Assembly (NCBI RefSeq): GCF_000002075.1
Contig: NW_004797760.1
Span: 164,482-228,481 of the forward strand
Reading direction: 5' to 3'
DNA length: 64,000 bases
Origin: Aplysia californica
Lineage: Eukaryota
Part shown: in pieces, positions 60,908 to 64,000 of the stretch
How positions within the stretch are numbered: position 1 is the stretch's first letter
Layout: each line of letters begins with the position of its first letter
The notes under the pieces: model-generated
Seen by the model: the letters and a program-made list of their open reading frames with translations, nothing else
The model's database searches: none
Told to the model about the DNA's origin: nothing
Translations under genes and position numbers: made by a program

Positions 60908-62519
60908 ATGGGCCTTACTGGTCCTATATGTGCCATTGAAGCAGGAGGATGTGCTGCATTTGCCTCTGTGTCTGCTAAACTTGCTGTGAGCTCTGAAATA
61001 TGTGAGGGCATCGGGAAAATTCTGCACTCTTACATTCAAGGGTATTTCTCTCCAACCATCCACATCGCAAGTCAGGTATGATCATCAGTGTGGTTAAGTT
61101 TTCAAGGTAATACCACAGACTAATTAGATATATAGTAGATTGGCTCTTTAAACTATGATAGAGCCTATATATAAATAATACTAATAACCGTACTATTCTC
61201 TATATTCTATGATAGAGCCTATATAAATTATACTAATACTGTTCTATTATTAGACCTTTATACTACTGTAGTCTCCGCCTGAGATCCCAGTGCTTGGGAA
61301 TAAGAAATATGCACACCATCTTAGGAGAACGTGATTGTTGCTGATTTATCAGGGGACGAATCTATGGTGAATCATGGTCAGTCACACAAGATGGTATCTG
61401 CATTCTTTTTTATTCAAAATCTTGGGCCGGAAGGGAGTGCATTACATCAAGAGTTTACTGTTATGAGATTATGGGCCTTCTGTACCCAGCAGGAAGACAT
61501 TGGTACTGGCATACCACTATTAGCAATGATGCTCAATTAGGGTCTGGACAAGGAGTACTATATAGTTCTCCTTGGGTCTGGATAAACTGTTATCTCTGTT
61601 GGTTACATTGTCTGATTAAAAAAAAAACTTCATTGTCAACCGGTACTATAGCTTGCTGACTTTCGTCTGGCAGCGTTAAAAAGAAAATTCTAGCTCATTG
61701 AGGAATTCACCAATGCCCATGAAACTTTGTATGGCAGTTCTGCAGGCCAGCAACCAAACAAAAATATTTTTTTTAAAGATCTTGACCCAGTTATAAAAGT
61801 TTTGTTTTTTTCCCCCTATATTAGAAACCGCTCTTTGGATGCATACCCAGGATCACTAAAATAAATGACTGACAGTAGCCTTGCCTCCAAATTGCTCATT
61901 TTGAGACAGCGACTCCGCCCTGCCCCACATTTCAATGTAAGCTTGTCGATCTCATCCCCTGGCTGTCTAGACGTCTCCACGTGAGTCTCGAAAAATACTC
62001 ACCCCGTCTCTTGAATCGTGTTTTTAAGGCGTTTAAGAGTGGTGTTGAGGAAAATATGTCAACTAATAAATGTTTTAGGTGTATGCTGTAAGTCCGCAAA
62101 TATTTTTTTAACCTGCTTTAGGCTTACATCAAAGAAAACATGTCGAAACCTTACTTAGTTTACAGTGACTTTTTAAAATGGCCTTTAAGATTCTGTTAGT
62201 CGCTTAACTTTTATACCCGCATACAACGACCCAGAAAGTTTAAACAGAATAATTTGTTTCTATCCCGTTTTAACTTAACTGTGGTCAGACGAAAGTGAAC
62301 AAGCTATATTTACTAAAAATCTAGGATAAACATGTAATGTTTTTAAATGATATCTGCATTCTATGTCAACAGCTAGCACTGGTTGTGAGGTTGGCAGGCC
62401 TTGCAGGAATATTTCTATTCAATGCTCTGATGTGGGTGCTGTTCACAAAGTCAATGCACATGTGCTCTTCTACCTTGGAAGCCACAGCCTTCAACACAGC
62501 GTCCAACTTCTTTTTTACT
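60908..62519 (+). CDS. TMEM42: Transmembrane protein 42 (EamA/DMT-like), first two coding exons; gene continues past the window
   Basis: Exon 60908-61075 reads MGLTGPICAIEAGGCAAFASVSAKLAVSS... with donor GTATGA. Exon 62373-62519 reads LALVVRLAGLAGIFLFNALMWVLFTKSMHMCSSTLEATAFNTASNFFFT with donor GTAAGT. The AG..AA.AS..AKLA and NALMW..F.K...S.S....T..NTASNF patterns are typical of TMEM42. Confidence 0.85.
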
Positions 62520-63128
62520 GTAAGTTAAGTGTAGGCAGCACTCAGAAGTGCTATATATATTAATGTATCAGTATTCAACAAATACAAGTGTTCATTGTTT
62601 CTTCAGTTTCATTTGTGTTTCTTGGTTCATGGCTGCTCTTTATTATCTCCTTGTAGGCCTACTTGTATTTCAAAAAGTTGTCTGAGAGCTTTGTGCCATT
62701 CCATTCACTTCAGTACAAAATCCCCTTTTTTTTCTCCTCTGTCAACAGAACAGTTTGGTTCAAAACAGAGTCATTTTCTTCTCTTCACTGCAACACCCAA
62801 AGTCCTGACTAGCTAGAGCTAGACTAATGTTGAAACCTAAACTGACATAACTGAGAGGATGATTGATATGAATTATCTTTCTTCTTAAATCCAAAGATTT
62901 AGACGGTGGTACATTCACTGGGTTTATTCTTTTAAATTTGGTCCAACTTTTTCAACTGTGTTAAAAAGTTTTTAATATATCTGGTTTTGTTTTAAATGGG
63001 TGAAACAAAAAGCAAGAGACTTGTCTCTCTACTCCTGTTTTCTAGCAGATTATTGCCTTTGTTTAAAATAAAAATTTAAAAGATACATGCCCCTTTTCGA
63101 TACTATTGAATATAAAAATGACTAGATA

Positions 63129-64000
63129 TACGAGGGGGATTCAATAAGTCTTTGGTCTCGGTATGAAGGAATCAAGTTAGAGTAATGATATATCGCTAGC
63201 CTTTAGACGATTTCTTTGGAACATACCATGCAAATTTTCATGGAATTCCGACGATAATAAGGCATAGTCAGCGCGTTCAATGAAACCATGCATAAAAACA
63301 TTTGTTTTTCTTTGCTGAAGCTGTGCCATGGAGCCTGTTGAATACCGCTCAGTTATCAAGTTTTTACACTTGCAAGGAAAATCCCCTAAGGACATTTTTC
63401 TGGAAATGGTCCAAGTTTATGGTGACAAATGTCCTCGTTATTTTACTGTGACGTATTGGGTAAGAAAATTCAAATCTGGACTCCTGTCGGCGATGGATGA
63501 AGATCGTGAAGGGTGCCCATCCTTTGTGGTAACTGAAGAGAATGTATCCATAGTGAAGAAACATATGCTACAAGACCGACATGTAACTCTTAAACAGCTC
63601 GCAAGTGAAACGAGAATCGGCGTAGGGTCAATTGCGACCATCTTAAAATGAATAAGGTGTTTGCGCAGTAGGTACCCCGCCTTTTGACAAGTGAGCAAAC
63701 GAAGCAGAGGGTTGAGTCCGGGCTAAACTCTCCTTCGAATTGAGTCCGGGCTAAACTCTCCTTCGAATTGAGTCCTATGGCACAAATTTCTTTTAAAACC
63801 TAGTGATTGGGGTTGAAAAAATGGATTTATCATTTTGACCCAGAACAGAAAATGTCCTCCATTCAATGGAAAACCCCTTCTTCTCCCTCACTAAAGGAGG
63901 CAAAGGTAACACCGTCAAGTGGAAAGGTCATGCTGTCATGTTTCTGGGATTGTAAAAAGTATCATCGTGACTGACTACCTGTAAAATTAAAAAACAGTCA
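63129..64000 (+). mobile_element. Degenerate mariner (Tc1/mariner) transposon in a TMEM42 intron, truncated by the window end
   Basis: TA followed by TIR-like CGAGGGGGATTCAATAAGT. ORF 63328-63651 reads MEPVEYRSVIKFLHLQGKSPKDI...VYGD..P...TV..W...FKSG. The WVPR motif is broken by TAG; WIYHFDPEQK...QWK and GKVMLSCFWD follow. An internal 28-bp tandem duplication lies at 63712-63775. Confidence 0.93.

Overview
Eukaryotic (invertebrate animal, plausibly a mollusc; this is an inference from the repeat families) draft-assembly window with three N-gaps. It holds four spliced protein-coding genes. (1) A probable first coding exon of a DUF218/YdcF-like gene on - (5369-5440). (2) A complete kinesin-12 gene KIF15 on +, hand-spliced as 35 coding exons (11131-41965, 1350 aa). 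(3) A complete EMC8/9 gene on - (5 coding exons, 49119-58258, 200 aa). (4) The first two coding exons of TMEM42 on + (60908-62519). Introns are dense with MITEs (piggyBac-, hAT- and pogo-like), short retroposons, LINE fragments and a broken mariner. The main points of interest are: a minor-spliceosome (U12) intron in KIF15 with rare AT-AA ends, whose 3' part is a local duplication carrying a MITE; a GC-AG intron; KIF15-TMEM42 linkage in the same order and orientation as in human; three different short retroposon bodies sharing one LINE-type 3' stem-loop tail, all oriented sense to their host genes and several next to branch points; and TAGATCTA clustering at CpG-rich promoter regions. Most of the short ORFs in the supplied track are spurious. 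All coordinates were read by eye.
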